IMG/VR virus record: IMGVR_UViG_3300044904_000040 | Coordinates: 1 to 55,955 of that record | Length of the DNA stretch: 55,955 nucleotides | From: a virus | Lineage: Duplodnaviria > Caudoviricetes | Direction: 5' to 3' (one strand) | Part shown: positions 26,774 to 36,129 of the stretch, in pieces | Layout of the letters: each line of letters begins with the position of its first letter | How positions within the stretch are numbered: position 1 is the stretch's first letter | Translations under genes and position numbers: made by a program | The notes under the pieces: generated by a model | The model's input: only the letters and a program-made list of their open reading frames with translations | What the model was told of the DNA's origin: nothing | The model's database searches: none

Positions 26774-28167
26774 CGGGTTTCGTCCTTCGGATCATAAAAG
26801 TTGGCGGTGGGGCCGTGGAATTTGAGCGCGATCGAAGTGGTTTCCCCTTCGCGCACCTTGGCTGCAATCAATTCGGCGGTCCCCTTTGTCGCCTCTTTGA
26901 TTTTGTGGAAGTCGTTGACGCGAGCCGCGTGCTTTTCCTCGCTCTCACCTTCGCGTCGATCTGGTGGGGATTTTGGCAGGAAAGTTTCTGCCCGGTGGAC
27001 AAATAACACCATATCCGCGTCTTCCTCGATCGCACCGGCCTGCCGCAGATCGCTCATGGTCGGCCGCTTGTCGTCGCGTGCTTCGAGTGCGCGCGATAGT
27101 TGAGATAACAGGATCACGGGACAGTTGAGGGTCTTGGCCATCTTTTTGACGGTGTGCGCAATGCCGGCGGTGGCCGAGGTCGAGCCGTTTCGGAGGTCGT
27201 TCGCGTCGGGTTCCGCAATCTGCAAATGGTCGATCATGACAAGCCGCAGGCCATGCTTTTTTTGAGCGCGGCGTGCCATCTGCATCATCTCGGCTACGGT
27301 TGCCCTGCCGCCGTCTTCGATGGTCAGGGGGAGGTCCAGCAGGGCTTTGCGGGCCGCCAGCAACGCTTCGATATCCTCGGCGTGTTCGCCCTTCTTCATT
27401 TTCCAGATCGGCACGCCCGATAGAACGGACAGAGCCCGGCGGCCGAGTGCCGCGGCCGTCATTTCCATCTCGATCGCCAACACGCCATTGCCGGCTTGCG
27501 CCTGGGTGATGGCCCATTTCCATACCAGCGCGCTTTTTCCCGAACCGGGTCGGCCGCCAACGACAATCATGTCGCCATTTTCGAGCCCGCCAAGCGCGGC
27601 ATCGACGCTGGGCATCCCGGTCTTGATTCCGAGGCCGGCTTGGCCGCTGGCGACAGCATCGGCTTGCGCCAGCGCGGAATCGACGGCTTCGTTGAGGGTC
27701 TTCGGGCCGCCAATGCCGGTGCCGACGGCGCCTATCGAAACTTCCTCGATCGCGTCCTGGGCGGCCTTGAGCAAGCCGGCAATATCCTGGCCGCCGTGGA
27801 CGGCCGCGGCGAGGGAGGCGGAAAGCGTGATCAGTTCTCGCCGTGTCCATGCGTCGATCACTGCGTCGGCATACGGGCGGGCCATCATCCAGCCCGGGGA
27901 CGCCACCATCAGCTTGGCCAGATAGTCCATGCCGCCTACCGCATCGAGAAGGCCAACGCTGCCGAGTATGGTCTTCAGCGTGATCGCGTCGGGAACCGTG
28001 CCGGCGGTAAAGCTGCGCTGGATGGCGTCATAGACGATGCTGTTGATCGGATCCGCGAAGTGCTTGCCTTGCAGGTGATCTTCGATTTCCCGATAGGCCT
28101 TCGGGCTTCCCAAAAGGGCGCCAAGAAGTCCCTGTTCGGCCAATATGTTGGTCAGGTTGTCGCTCAT
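26770..28167 (-). CDS. dnaB: Replicative DNA helicase
   Basis: AEQGLLG, GGRPGSGKS Walker A, IDHLQ, LSQLSR, DLRQAGAIEEDAD motifs. Confidence 0.95.
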   Translation of the reverse strand: MSDNLTNILAEQGLLGALLGSPKAYREIEDHLQGKHFADPINSIVYDAIQRSFTAGTVPDAITLKTILGSVGLLDAVGGMDYLAKLMVASPGWMMARPYADAVIDAWTRRELITLSASLAAAVHGGQDIAGLLKAAQDAIEEVSIGAVGTGIGGPKTLNEAVDSALAQADAVASGQAGLGIKTGMPSVDAALGGLENGDMIVVGGRPGSGKSALVWKWAITQAQAGNGVLAIEMEMTAAALGRRALSVLSGVPIWKMKKGEHAEDIEALLAARKALLDLPLTIEDGGRATVAEMMQMARRAQKKHGLRLVMIDHLQIAEPDANDLRNGSTSATAGIAHTVKKMAKTLNCPVILLSQLSRALEARDDKRPTMSDLRQAGAIEEDADMVLFVHRAETFLPKSPPDRREGESEEKHAARVNDFHKIKEATKGTAELIAAKVREGETTSIALKFHGPTANFYDPKDETR

Positions 28168-28291
28168 GACAGAGCCGTCCTGGGACGCTTGCTTGTCTGA
28201 GATTGTTCAGGTATTTTAATCAAAGGCCGCCTCCAATTCATACTTGGTGTGCAGGCAAGTCCCGATGCCTAGCCCTCGCATCGGTCGGATA

Positions 28292-28327
28292 GGCGGGCGG
28301 CCCTTGTGGTGGGGGCCGCCCGTTTCC
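28292..28327 (+). terminator. GC-rich hairpin, terminator-like
   Basis: GCGGGCGGCCC-loop-GGGCCGCCCGT followed by TTCC (short U tract). Confidence 0.5.
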
Positions 28328-28359
28328 GTGTCAGGGTAGATCCGCGGTATCAGTTCTGT

Positions 28360-28593
28360 CTAGCTTTCGCGGTTTGATCGCTCAACCAAGCGCGCACCAG
28401 CGCCCGATGCTCGGGTGATCTGTGTTTGGTTGGCGCGCGCTGGTTCCCCATGCATCGGGCAATCGCCGTTAACCCAGAACGGACCCGAGCCAATCCCTTG
28501 CCGATTATCAAGAATGGGGCATTTGCACCCTATCGAAATGGCCCGCTGGCTTCCGGGGCTTGGTTGCTCGGTGGTCTGCTCGTGGGTTTTCAT
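28360..28593 (-). CDS. Small Cys/His zinc-binding phage protein
   Basis: PSPGS.RA...GCKCPILDN...FWV..DCPMHG motif. Confidence 0.65.
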   Translation of the reverse strand: MKTHEQTTEQPSPGSQRAISIGCKCPILDNRQGIGSGPFWVNGDCPMHGEPARANQTQITRASGAGARLVERSNRES

Positions 28594-28742
28594 GGCCCTA
28601 TTTCTTTCCACATTGCCTCTCGGCGGCGTTCCTCGGCTGCGCTTTGAATCATGCAGAATTCTTTGATGCACCACGGCTCGCGGCATTGGTTTTTCGTAGC
28701 CGGGCATTCCCTGTTGTCTGGGTATTTAGTGGTTTCAGTCAT
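28590..28742 (-). CDS. Small four-Cys protein (50 aa)
   Basis: MTETTKYPDNRECPATKNQCREPWCIKEFCMIQ...; ATGA overlaps on both sides; missed by the ORF track. Confidence 0.55.
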   Translation of the reverse strand: MTETTKYPDNRECPATKNQCREPWCIKEFCMIQSAAEERRREAMWKEIGP

Positions 28743-28951
28743 GATGCGAACTCCGTTTCTACGGCCTTGATGGCACGGTTCATTGCCTCGAACGCCGCCC
28801 GATGTCGCTCGCTCTCGGTGGAGGAAATCGACACCTCGTCCATCTCACCAGCCGCGGCCTTGCGCTCAGCAATATCCGCAGCGGCGTTCATTTTGCGGCG
28901 GTATTCCTCGCGGATACGGTTCAGGCTGGCGTAGAGCGTGTCGCTCATCAT
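28739..28951 (-). CDS. Small helical protein
   Basis: GAGGG RBS, coupled. Confidence 0.55.
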   Translation of the reverse strand: MMSDTLYASLNRIREEYRRKMNAAADIAERKAAAGEMDEVSISSTESERHRAAFEAMNRAIKAVETEFAS

Positions 28952-29181
28952 GGTATCTGATCCCTCTGGAAATCGTAGCCGCCGCGATTGTCGGTCAGCG
29001 GGCCGGACATAGTGACCGTGTTGCACATGCGCAGACAGTCGATGCACGGCAGATCGTCAGTGCAGCCTGGGACGCCGCTGCAATAGGAAGTCAATACCAG
29101 CACTCTCCGGGAGCGCGAGTTGTAGGCGTCGGTGCCGGGGTGCATGGCCTCGGTGGTCTGCGGCGTGGTGTTTTCAGCCAT
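28948..29181 (-). CDS. Small Cys-rich protein
   Basis: YCSGVPGCTDDLPCIDCLRMC; overlaps the resolvase stop. Confidence 0.6.
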   Translation of the reverse strand: MAENTTPQTTEAMHPGTDAYNSRSRRVLVLTSYCSGVPGCTDDLPCIDCLRMCNTVTMSGPLTDNRGGYDFQRDQIP

Positions 29182-29761
29182 TGGCCTTTTCCTTCTTCCT
29201 GAGCTTGTCCACCCGGCGGATGAACTGCGTCTTACTCATCCCCAGCGCGGCAGCACCCTTGGCGGACCCCAGGTGCATGACCTCCGAAATCTGCGCGTCG
29301 GTATATTGCTCCTTGCGGCCACCGATCCGCCCGACAGCCCGCGCGGCCTTGAGCCCCGCCGCCGTCCGCTCGTTGATCAGGTCTTTCTCCATCTCCGCGA
29401 CCGCCGCCATGATGGTGACGATCAGCCGCCCCATGGCCGTGCTAGTGTCCATGCCGGGCTGAGTGATCACCCGGACGGCCACGCCTTTGCGGGCCAGATA
29501 ATCGAACGTGGAGAGCACTTGGCGCACGCTGCGGCCGAGCCGGTCGAGCTTCCAGATCACCACGATGTCGCCGGCCCGCGCATCCTTGAGCATGGCGTCA
29601 AACTCGGGGCGCTTCACGCCCGACCCGCTCGCCTGCTCCTCATAGATGTCGCGCCGATCCACACCAGCCGCCAGCAGCGCATCAATCTGCAACTGAGGGC
29701 TTTGGTCGGACATCGACACCCGCGCGTAGCCGATCATGTGCAGTTTGGGGTCATCGTTCAC
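29174..29761 (-). CDS. Small serine recombinase (resolvase/invertase family)
   Basis: IGYARVS, VIWKLDRLGRS, ERTAAGLKAARAVGRIGGR, C-terminal HTH. Confidence 0.95.
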   Translation of the reverse strand: MNDDPKLHMIGYARVSMSDQSPQLQIDALLAAGVDRRDIYEEQASGSGVKRPEFDAMLKDARAGDIVVIWKLDRLGRSVRQVLSTFDYLARKGVAVRVITQPGMDTSTAMGRLIVTIMAAVAEMEKDLINERTAAGLKAARAVGRIGGRKEQYTDAQISEVMHLGSAKGAAALGMSKTQFIRRVDKLRKKEKANG

Positions 29762-29899
29762 TAATCATGTCCTGTCCTTCGGTCTGTCATTCGCAGGGCA
29801 TACCGTAATCTACTTTGGGAGTTTTGCAAACGTTTTCGGTTGAAATTACTAAACGGCTGTGTCATAGGATAAGGCACAAAATGAACGGAGACTTGGTCG

Positions 29900-30097
29900 A
29901 TGACGGACGAACAAAAGGTGGCATTCATCAACGCGCAAACCGCGTGCGCTCTGGCGGAAATCGCGGGAATGCAGGCCGAGAACAGCCACCGCGCGGCGAA
30001 TGGCAATTCGGTTGCCTATGGGGATGAGGCGTTCTTCGCCATCCCGGACAAATACGGCATCGGGCACAACACCGTTGTGGCGCTGTTCCAAGGCTAA
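29900..30097 (+). CDS. Small hypothetical protein
   Basis: GGAG RBS; AEIAGMQAEN...AYGDEAF motif. Confidence 0.65.
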   Translation: MTDEQKVAFINAQTACALAEIAGMQAENSHRAANGNSVAYGDEAFFAIPDKYGIGHNTVVALFQG

Positions 30098-30135
30098 GAC
30101 GTAACCCCTAACCCCAATTTATCAAGGGCTTACCA

Positions 30136-30303
30136 ATGAAGACGATTAAAACGATTGGGTTATGGCTCGGCCCGGATTGCCCGATAGGCGCAGGCTTCGG
30201 GGCAGTTGCATCAGTCATTCTGTTTATTGTCGCCATCGATTTGCTGGCGGTTCCGTTCGTCGCCTTCATGAGGTGGTGGTGGACGCTATTCCTCGGGCAG
30301 TGA
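30136..30303 (+). CDS. Small membrane protein (55 aa)
   Basis: MKTIKTIGLWLGP...VILFIVAIDLLAVPFVAF; AAGGG RBS. Confidence 0.5.
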   Translation: MKTIKTIGLWLGPDCPIGAGFGAVASVILFIVAIDLLAVPFVAFMRWWWTLFLGQ

Positions 30304-30341
30304 TCTCCTTGACTAAATTCAAACCCCGGAAGGCCGAAACC

Positions 30342-30512
30342 ATGAGAGCATTGAGGGAAATCCGCAGGGTCATGAACCGCCTGCGCCGGAAGGTAGGCAA
30401 GCCAAACGGCGTCATCCCCACCTGGGCGCTTGATATCCCGTGGGTCGATGTTCAGGCCGGGAAAGACATTAAAAGACGCCGCCGTAAGTCTATTCCTGAA
30501 CTGAAACTCTAA
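30342..30512 (+). CDS. Small basic protein (56 aa)
   Basis: MRALREIRRVMNRLRRK...; GGAAGG RBS. Confidence 0.45.
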   Translation: MRALREIRRVMNRLRRKVGKPNGVIPTWALDIPWVDVQAGKDIKRRRRKSIPELKL

Positions 30513-30538
30513 CCACAATTAACAGAAGGACTTAGCTC

Positions 30539-31003
30539 ATGGGCTGCGACATTCATTCAGTGGCGGAAAAACGAGAAAGAAATACTTGGGTCGACCTTGG
30601 TTTGGTGCCGCAGCCATTCGATTGGCGCTCCTACAGCTTGTTCGGGTTTCTTGCTGGTGTGCGCAATTACTCAGCCATTCCGTCGATTGCCGAATTTCGA
30701 GGCTTTCCCGCCGATGCAAGTGACGTAACAAAAAGCGACTATAAAAAATGGGACATGGACGCGCATTCTCCGTCATGGTTGCTCATGTCGGAGTTGCTGG
30801 AGTTTGACTATGACGCACCCATGATTGACCGTCGCGTGACCCGCCAGACCGGGCCGAATTCTTGGAGTGGCGGTGTGACCGGGACGATTGAGGAAGGCGA
30901 GAAAACGACGTTTCGAGCATTCCTTGGGGAAGGCTATTTCAGAGAATTGGATCGCCTGAAAGCCGCCGGATGCGGTCGTGTCGTGTTCTGGTTCGATAAC
31001 TAA
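30539..31003 (+). CDS. Conserved phage protein (MGCDIH family)
   Basis: MGCDIH...RSYSLFGFLAGVRN...HSPSWL...RVVFWFDN signature. Confidence 0.85.
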   Translation: MGCDIHSVAEKRERNTWVDLGLVPQPFDWRSYSLFGFLAGVRNYSAIPSIAEFRGFPADASDVTKSDYKKWDMDAHSPSWLLMSELLEFDYDAPMIDRRVTRQTGPNSWSGGVTGTIEEGEKTTFRAFLGEGYFRELDRLKAAGCGRVVFWFDN

Positions 31004-31257
31004 CCCCCAACCCCGGTTCCCAGATCATCAGACGGCACGACTGACAATAGCGACAGTGACGTGATCGGGCGTCTGGTGCCGCGCTGCCCTGGCTGGTTCT
31101 TGTGACCGGGGGCAGCGTGGGATAATCCGATATCAGCGCCGGTGGACTGCTCGCCCTACCAACGTCCAGATGAACGCTCCACCGATCAGGGCTGCATAGG
31201 CGATGCGCAGCAGCGCGAGGTCGATCAATATCATCGCCAGCCGGACCGCGGTGCGGA

Positions 31258-31578
31258 TCATGGCATTGCCTTCCCTGCGCGGATTGCTTCAGATTCCAGC
31301 CATAGTCGTTCCGCCGCCTGCAGCGGATCAATCCCCAGTGCTTGCCAGAACGCCCGCTCATCGCCGCGGGCATGCAGAGCGGTGTGGTCATCGGCGCACA
31401 TCGGCAGTGTCCAGTTGTCGCCGGCCTTTAGGCCGCGTGCTTTTGGGTCCGGCGAACAGGTCAGATGATGAACCTGAACATACTGCCACATGCAGACAAT
31501 ACACGGCTGGCTGGCCACGTAGGACATGTGCGCCTTGCTGCGGATGCGGCGCACCTTGAAGTTGGGCTGGTAGCTCAT
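31258..31578 (-). CDS. DUF968-like putative zinc-binding nuclease
   Basis: YVASQPCIVC...HHL...GLKAGDNWTLPMC..DH. Confidence 0.8.
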   Translation of the reverse strand: MSYQPNFKVRRIRSKAHMSYVASQPCIVCMWQYVQVHHLTCSPDPKARGLKAGDNWTLPMCADDHTALHARGDERAFWQALGIDPLQAAERLWLESEAIRAGKAMP

Positions 31579-32084
31579 GGCAACCATCCCAGGGTAGCCG
31601 GCTGGCCCGGCGGGGTGCGGGGAAAATTTAGCTTGGCAAATTCGCCGTGGTGAATGATGGCGAGTTCATCATATGCTGCCGCAGCTTCTTCCTCGGTCGC
31701 GTAACCGTAACTACCGAATGATTTTCGCTTGATGATTATTTGCGCCCAGAAAGTGCCGTTTCGACGGTCCGGATAGACCCCTTTATAATTCTTGTGAGCG
31801 CGCTTTTTTGATGAGTTCATCACATTCCCGGCCTGATGACATACGCGAAGATTTCTTCGGCGGTTGTCAAGTCCATCACCGTTTATGTGATCTGTCACCA
31901 TCCCCTTCGGGGTTCCTGCCACTAAGCTGTGCATGTAAACCATAGGGCCGCGCCAGCCTGACATGAATGCGCGGGCGTATTTCGTATGTCTTCCTGAATT
32001 GAGCCACCACCTAAAGCCAGAAACAAGATATTCATCTTCGGCATCAATTTGCACAACTGCGCCGCAGAACAGAATGATGTTCAT
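31575..32084 (-). CDS. HNH-AP2 homing endonuclease
   Basis: TDHINGDGLDNRRRNLR, YKGVY, EEEAAAAYD...HGEFAKLNF; lower GC than flanks. Confidence 0.92.
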   Translation of the reverse strand: MNIILFCGAVVQIDAEDEYLVSGFRWWLNSGRHTKYARAFMSGWRGPMVYMHSLVAGTPKGMVTDHINGDGLDNRRRNLRVCHQAGNVMNSSKKRAHKNYKGVYPDRRNGTFWAQIIIKRKSFGSYGYATEEEAAAAYDELAIIHHGEFAKLNFPRTPPGQPATLGWLP

Positions 32085-32665
32085 TTAAGCCATCCTAATG
32101 TGGGGAATTGACCGTCAGGTGTTCTTCGCCACACCAGCCAACAGTAGGCTATGCTGCCATTCTGCGCTGGCACATCGGTGCCGCCGGGCGGCATCGACAC
32201 GCGACTTGAGTGAACCCAGATGTGAGACAGTCCCGTATTTTGGAAAAAAGTGCGCCTTTTCTGGCCCTCAAGCCACGCGAGGCGCTGCAAAACGATGACT
32301 TTGCCGGGCACCACGTCGAGCGCGCGCTCCACGAATTGCTGCGCGAGGGAGAACGGCGGGTTGAACACGCAATTCGTGATACCCTTCAGCCTCTCGCGCA
32401 CATTCTCGATCGGTCCCAGGAAGTCCATCACTTCATAGCGGTCGGCGCGCTGGCGCAGGTCGGATCCGTAGCAGGTCAGCCCGGCCGCCTGGAACCGGCG
32501 CGGAATGTTGCCGCCACCGCACGCCGGGTCGTGGCTGCGGCCCACGATCGGCTCCGCGGCAAGCATTGCGTCCACGCAGGCGGCGCTCTCCACATACCAA
32601 CCGTCGTCGGCCTTCTCATAGCCGGATGATCTTGCATTGCCTTTGCTCAAAACATGGGCTCCCAT
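32081..32665 (-). CDS. Putative N6-adenine DNA methyltransferase
   Basis: DPACGGG SAM-binding motif and NPPF catalytic motif. Confidence 0.85.
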   Translation of the reverse strand: MGAHVLSKGNARSSGYEKADDGWYVESAACVDAMLAAEPIVGRSHDPACGGGNIPRRFQAAGLTCYGSDLRQRADRYEVMDFLGPIENVRERLKGITNCVFNPPFSLAQQFVERALDVVPGKVIVLQRLAWLEGQKRRTFFQNTGLSHIWVHSSRVSMPPGGTDVPAQNGSIAYCWLVWRRTPDGQFPTLGWLK

Positions 32666-33216
32666 TTTTTCTTCGGATCGTTGACGATTTGCTGTGCGAA
32701 GCGCAGCAGCACCAGCGCATCGCCAACGTCATGCGTGAGCGGGTCGTAGCCTTGCTCATGGCACCAACCCATCACCGCCAGCTTTGCGTTCTTGCTGCCG
32801 TCCAGCCACATTTTCTCGGGCCTCTTGCCGTCAATCGTTTTGCCCGGATACCGTGGATTTCGGATTGCAAAAGTTGACCGGCCCAGCACAGCTTTTCGGG
32901 CTTGCATTTCGTTCGCCACCATGACCGGCACGTTCATGTCATAGGCGACAAGCTCAGTGATGGTCTGCACGCCGCCCAACGCCCTGGCGGCTGTTTGCGC
33001 ATCTCGGAACAACGCCATGCAAAAGACGATCAGTTCCGGGTCGTGGTCTTCGATCTTTTTTTCGACTGCATTGCGGCAGGCTGCATAGAGCATCCCAAGG
33101 TCTTTCATGCCCGGGAATGCCATCAGCCCGTAAGCTGGAATGGGCGTGCCATTGCTGCACGCCCATCCCACATCCCGCGTCGAAAGATCGAGAGTCATGA
33201 TTCTCGATATCGACAT
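32647..33216 (-). CDS. RuvC-like Holliday junction resolvase
   Basis: IMTLDLST...GWA, AK..VM.W, HDVGDAL motifs. Confidence 0.7.
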   Translation of the reverse strand: MSISRIMTLDLSTRDVGWACSNGTPIPAYGLMAFPGMKDLGMLYAACRNAVEKKIEDHDPELIVFCMALFRDAQTAARALGGVQTITELVAYDMNVPVMVANEMQARKAVLGRSTFAIRNPRYPGKTIDGKRPEKMWLDGSKNAKLAVMGWCHEQGYDPLTHDVGDALVLLRFAQQIVNDPKKKWEPMF

Positions 33217-33228
33217 TGGATCAGACCC

Positions 33229-33990
33229 TTAGTTGTTCCAACCCGGCGCCGTGTCGGGGAAATGCACGACGTCTGCAGTCGGGATCGCCTCGGCCACCGG
33301 GATGGCTTCGGCCGCGTCGTCAGCGGCGATCGTCGCGCGCACGGTTTCGGGGCGGGTTTCGATCAGCGCCGCCGGGATCTTCTTCGGGCGCCCGCGGGGG
33401 CGGGGTTCCTGAACCACTTCCTGTTCCTGCTTCGGGCGTCCGCGGCCACGGCGCTCGGTGCTGGCCAGTTCCACCTTCGGCGGCTTCGCCTTGATCTCGG
33501 TGTCGATCATCAGCCAGGAGTTTGCCCAAGTCTGGTGATCGCGCGTGCCCGGCGTGTGCGGATTGGAGTCGACGGCCGAACCATGGCGACGGCTGTTGGC
33601 GGCGTCGGCGCTCACCCGGGCGTCCTGCAGATTTTCGGCCGCCTTCATCGCCTCGGGATCGTCCGCGAACAGCAAGCCCTGCGGCACGCCTTCGGTCGGC
33701 AGCACCCACAGTTTCACGCCTTCCCAATCGGCGTATTTGTTGACGTTTTCGAGCAGGTGATTGCGTTCGTCGTCCTCCATCTTGGCCAGGGCGCGGAGAT
33801 GCTTGATGGCTTCGACGTCGGCGCCGGCGTTCTTGGCGCGGCGATAGATGCCGGCCTGCACGCCGCGGGCTGCAGCAAGCTCGGCGGTCGCCGCCTGGAC
33901 CTCGCGTTGGCTGCGGATCAGATCAGCGATGATATTGAGATATTCCTTCGGCTGCACGGTGTTCGACCGTGCATCGATTTTTGGTGCCAC
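33229..33990 (-). CDS. GapR/DUF2312-like nucleoid protein with C-terminal extension
   Basis: IYRRAKNAGADVEAIKHLRALAKMEDDER resembles GapR; NPH.PGT...W...W motif and RGRP AT-hooks; GTG start with GAGG RBS. Confidence 0.6.
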   Translation of the reverse strand: MAPKIDARSNTVQPKEYLNIIADLIRSQREVQAATAELAAARGVQAGIYRRAKNAGADVEAIKHLRALAKMEDDERNHLLENVNKYADWEGVKLWVLPTEGVPQGLLFADDPEAMKAAENLQDARVSADAANSRRHGSAVDSNPHTPGTRDHQTWANSWLMIDTEIKAKPPKVELASTERRGRGRPKQEQEVVQEPRPRGRPKKIPAALIETRPETVRATIAADDAAEAIPVAEAIPTADVVHFPDTAPGWNN

Positions 33991-34143
33991 GTTGATTTTC
34001 CTCATGTGAAAGTGGTGCCCGGCGTTTGTCCGCGCGTGCAGCATACCAATTAAACGGAAAAGAATCTATTTTCCTGATCGAATGGGGTTGTGCTCGCTTG
34101 TGCGCAAATGATATATGTAAAGGTGCGGATAAGGAGCCACCAC

Positions 34144-34488
34144 ATGAACCGACGCGACGAAGCTCCGCGGGCCGTCGATAAGCCTGAAGCTGGGTATTTT
34201 TCCATGAGACTCGTCAAAAACGGCCCGCAGGTTGCGGCCGAAATTCGGTTCGATCCCGCCGTTGGATGGTCCGCCATCATCAACGGGGTCCAATGCGGGC
34301 CGCCTGCTGAAGATCCCGTTCACGCTGAAGGGGTATTCCGCATTTGGCTGGGTGCCACGCGCTGCTCTGAGACTGAACACCGCTACCTGAAGCGCATCGC
34401 AGCCTGGGCGAACAAATACTCGAAGGGCGATCCGGCGGCCAATCCTTCCAAGCCTATCGATCTGCGCAACCTGCCACCAATTTTTTAG
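34144..34488 (+). CDS. Conserved phage hypothetical protein
   Basis: PEAGYFSMRLVKNGP...PAANPSKPIDL; AAGGAG RBS. Confidence 0.75.
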   Translation: MNRRDEAPRAVDKPEAGYFSMRLVKNGPQVAAEIRFDPAVGWSAIINGVQCGPPAEDPVHAEGVFRIWLGATRCSETEHRYLKRIAAWANKYSKGDPAANPSKPIDLRNLPPIF

Positions 34489-34497
34489 GATTCTCAA

Positions 34498-35337
34498 ATG
34501 CCAACCATAGGCGACAACCATCCGCCAAGCCCGATCGTGGATCTGGCGGTAACGCTTCACCCTGACATTCTACAGGCGTCGATCGCCGCGGACTTCATTG
34601 TGGAGCAACAGCGCGCTGATGCTCTGATTGCGGCAATGGGCCGCTTCAACGTCGCGCTGAAGCCGACGGACGGCGAGATCCGCACGGCCGATATCGCCAA
34701 GAAAGCGGCGGATTTCGTCCTGCAGGTGCGCGACACGGTGAAGGATCTGGAAGCCAAGCGGGAGGCCTACAAGCGGCCGGTGCTGCTCGCCGGCCGGACG
34801 ATCGATGCGGCTTTCAAAAATCCGATGATCGCTCCGCTGGAAAAGATCCAGCGAGATGTGATGTATGAGATCAACGGATATCAGGCCCGGGAGCGCAAGG
34901 CGGAAGCTCTGCGGCTGCAGCAGGTTGCCGAAGCGGAGGCGTTGGAGCGCCGCAAGGCCGCGGATGCTGAAGCGGCGCGGCTGGCCGAGGAAGCTGCGGC
35001 GGCCGAGAAGGCTGGCGATATCGAGTCGGCTCTTGAGATCGAGAGCGTAGCTGAACAGGTGCGCGAGGTCGCCAAGGTTGAGGCGCGGCCGGTCTACACG
35101 CCACCGGCGGCCGAGGTTCGCCTTGCCGTGCAGAAAAGCGATCTCGGGTCGAGCGTGGGAACGCGCGTCACCTGGGATTTCGAACTGACGGATATCGCGT
35201 TGGTGCCGAAGATGTTTGTTTCGCTCAACGCCGACATGGTGAAGGCCATGCTCAAATCGGACAAGTCGATCAAGGATGGAGCGCAACCGATTCCTGGAGT
35301 GCGGTTCTTCAGCAAGCAGTCGGCCAACGTCCGATGA
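34498..35337 (+). CDS. Coiled-coil phage protein of the recombination module
   Basis: IGDNHPP, K.P.L...R.IDA.F, IPGVRF motifs. Confidence 0.75.
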   Translation: MPTIGDNHPPSPIVDLAVTLHPDILQASIAADFIVEQQRADALIAAMGRFNVALKPTDGEIRTADIAKKAADFVLQVRDTVKDLEAKREAYKRPVLLAGRTIDAAFKNPMIAPLEKIQRDVMYEINGYQARERKAEALRLQQVAEAEALERRKAADAEAARLAEEAAAAEKAGDIESALEIESVAEQVREVAKVEARPVYTPPAAEVRLAVQKSDLGSSVGTRVTWDFELTDIALVPKMFVSLNADMVKAMLKSDKSIKDGAQPIPGVRFFSKQSANVR

Positions 35338-35537
35338 AATGGCTGGATAGACTTCCGCCGAGGTCGAGCACCTGGGCAGATGCCTTGGATAACTGCCTCT
35401 GCGAAGTCGAGATCGATCTTATCCATTGGCATGTGTATTTCGATATTGGGATAGATCCGGCCAATATCGACTGTCAACTGGCTTGGTTTCTTCTCCACAT
35501 CGGCCCACTTCGTATTGCCCTGGCGATCGGGCACTGA
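35334..35537 (+). CDS. Hypothetical protein
   Basis: ATGA coupling. Confidence 0.45.
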   Translation: MKWLDRLPPRSSTWADALDNCLCEVEIDLIHWHVYFDIGIDPANIDCQLAWFLLHIGPLRIALAIGH

Positions 35538-35548
35538 AAGGTAAATTA

Positions 35549-35836
35549 ATGGCTTATGGTGTAATGGCTTCGCAGGCAATGCCGATCGATTCCCGCGAGC
35601 GCGTGGAAGGCGCGATCATCAAATCGGCACAAAGCCGGGTCGAACAGGCGCTTGAGATCTCATCTCGGCTGAAGCGTATTCTCGATGCTCTGCGGCCGGC
35701 ACCGCCTGAGCCTGCCGAGGGAGGCTTCGACAAGTTGCTATCGTCGAGGACATTGATGGAACTCATGGAAAGTATTCAGAGCCATCACGATCGGTCGGTG
35801 GCCATGCTGTCCGAGATCGAAAGCCTTATCGGCTAA
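35549..35836 (+). CDS. Hypothetical protein
   Basis: AAGG RBS; helical. Confidence 0.55.
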   Translation: MAYGVMASQAMPIDSRERVEGAIIKSAQSRVEQALEISSRLKRILDALRPAPPEPAEGGFDKLLSSRTLMELMESIQSHHDRSVAMLSEIESLIG

Positions 35837-35853
35837 ATAAAAAGGGATTTGAA

Positions 35854-36129
35854 ATGCTGCTGCCAGATGAACTGAACCCGGAATTGATGGAAATTCTGGG
35901 TCGCCCAAACTTCACTTGCGCTGGGCTCGCCAGCGTCTTGCGTGTCGATGGCGTCGATATCGCCCGGCGGGCTGAGCATGAGCAGGCTCAAGTCTTGTTC
36001 AAGCTGCTCGGCTTCTATGCCGCGCATGGTGATGGCTGGAAGAAAGCCGCGGCCGAGTGGATCGATAGCGTGCAGATCCGGGCCGGCGGCCTGGATGTAG
36101 CCGTGGGGGTGCTTTCCGATGGATCTTGA
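35854..36129 (+). CDS. Conserved phage hypothetical protein
   Basis: ILGRPNFTCA...I.RRAEHEQAQV motif. Confidence 0.65.
   Translation: MLLPDELNPELMEILGRPNFTCAGLASVLRVDGVDIARRAEHEQAQVLFKLLGFYAAHGDGWKKAAAEWIDSVQIRAGGLDVAVGVLSDGS

Noticed and set aside
29174-29761. Serine recombinase as the phage integrase or tail-fibre invertase
   Set aside because: Only 195 aa with no large recombinase/zinc-ribbon domain; not next to fibre genes and I found no flanking inverted crossover sites by eye
30098-31015. Integron attC sites after the small genes
   Set aside because: TAAC cores are present but there is no matching GTTRRRY or attC dyad, and no tyrosine integrase
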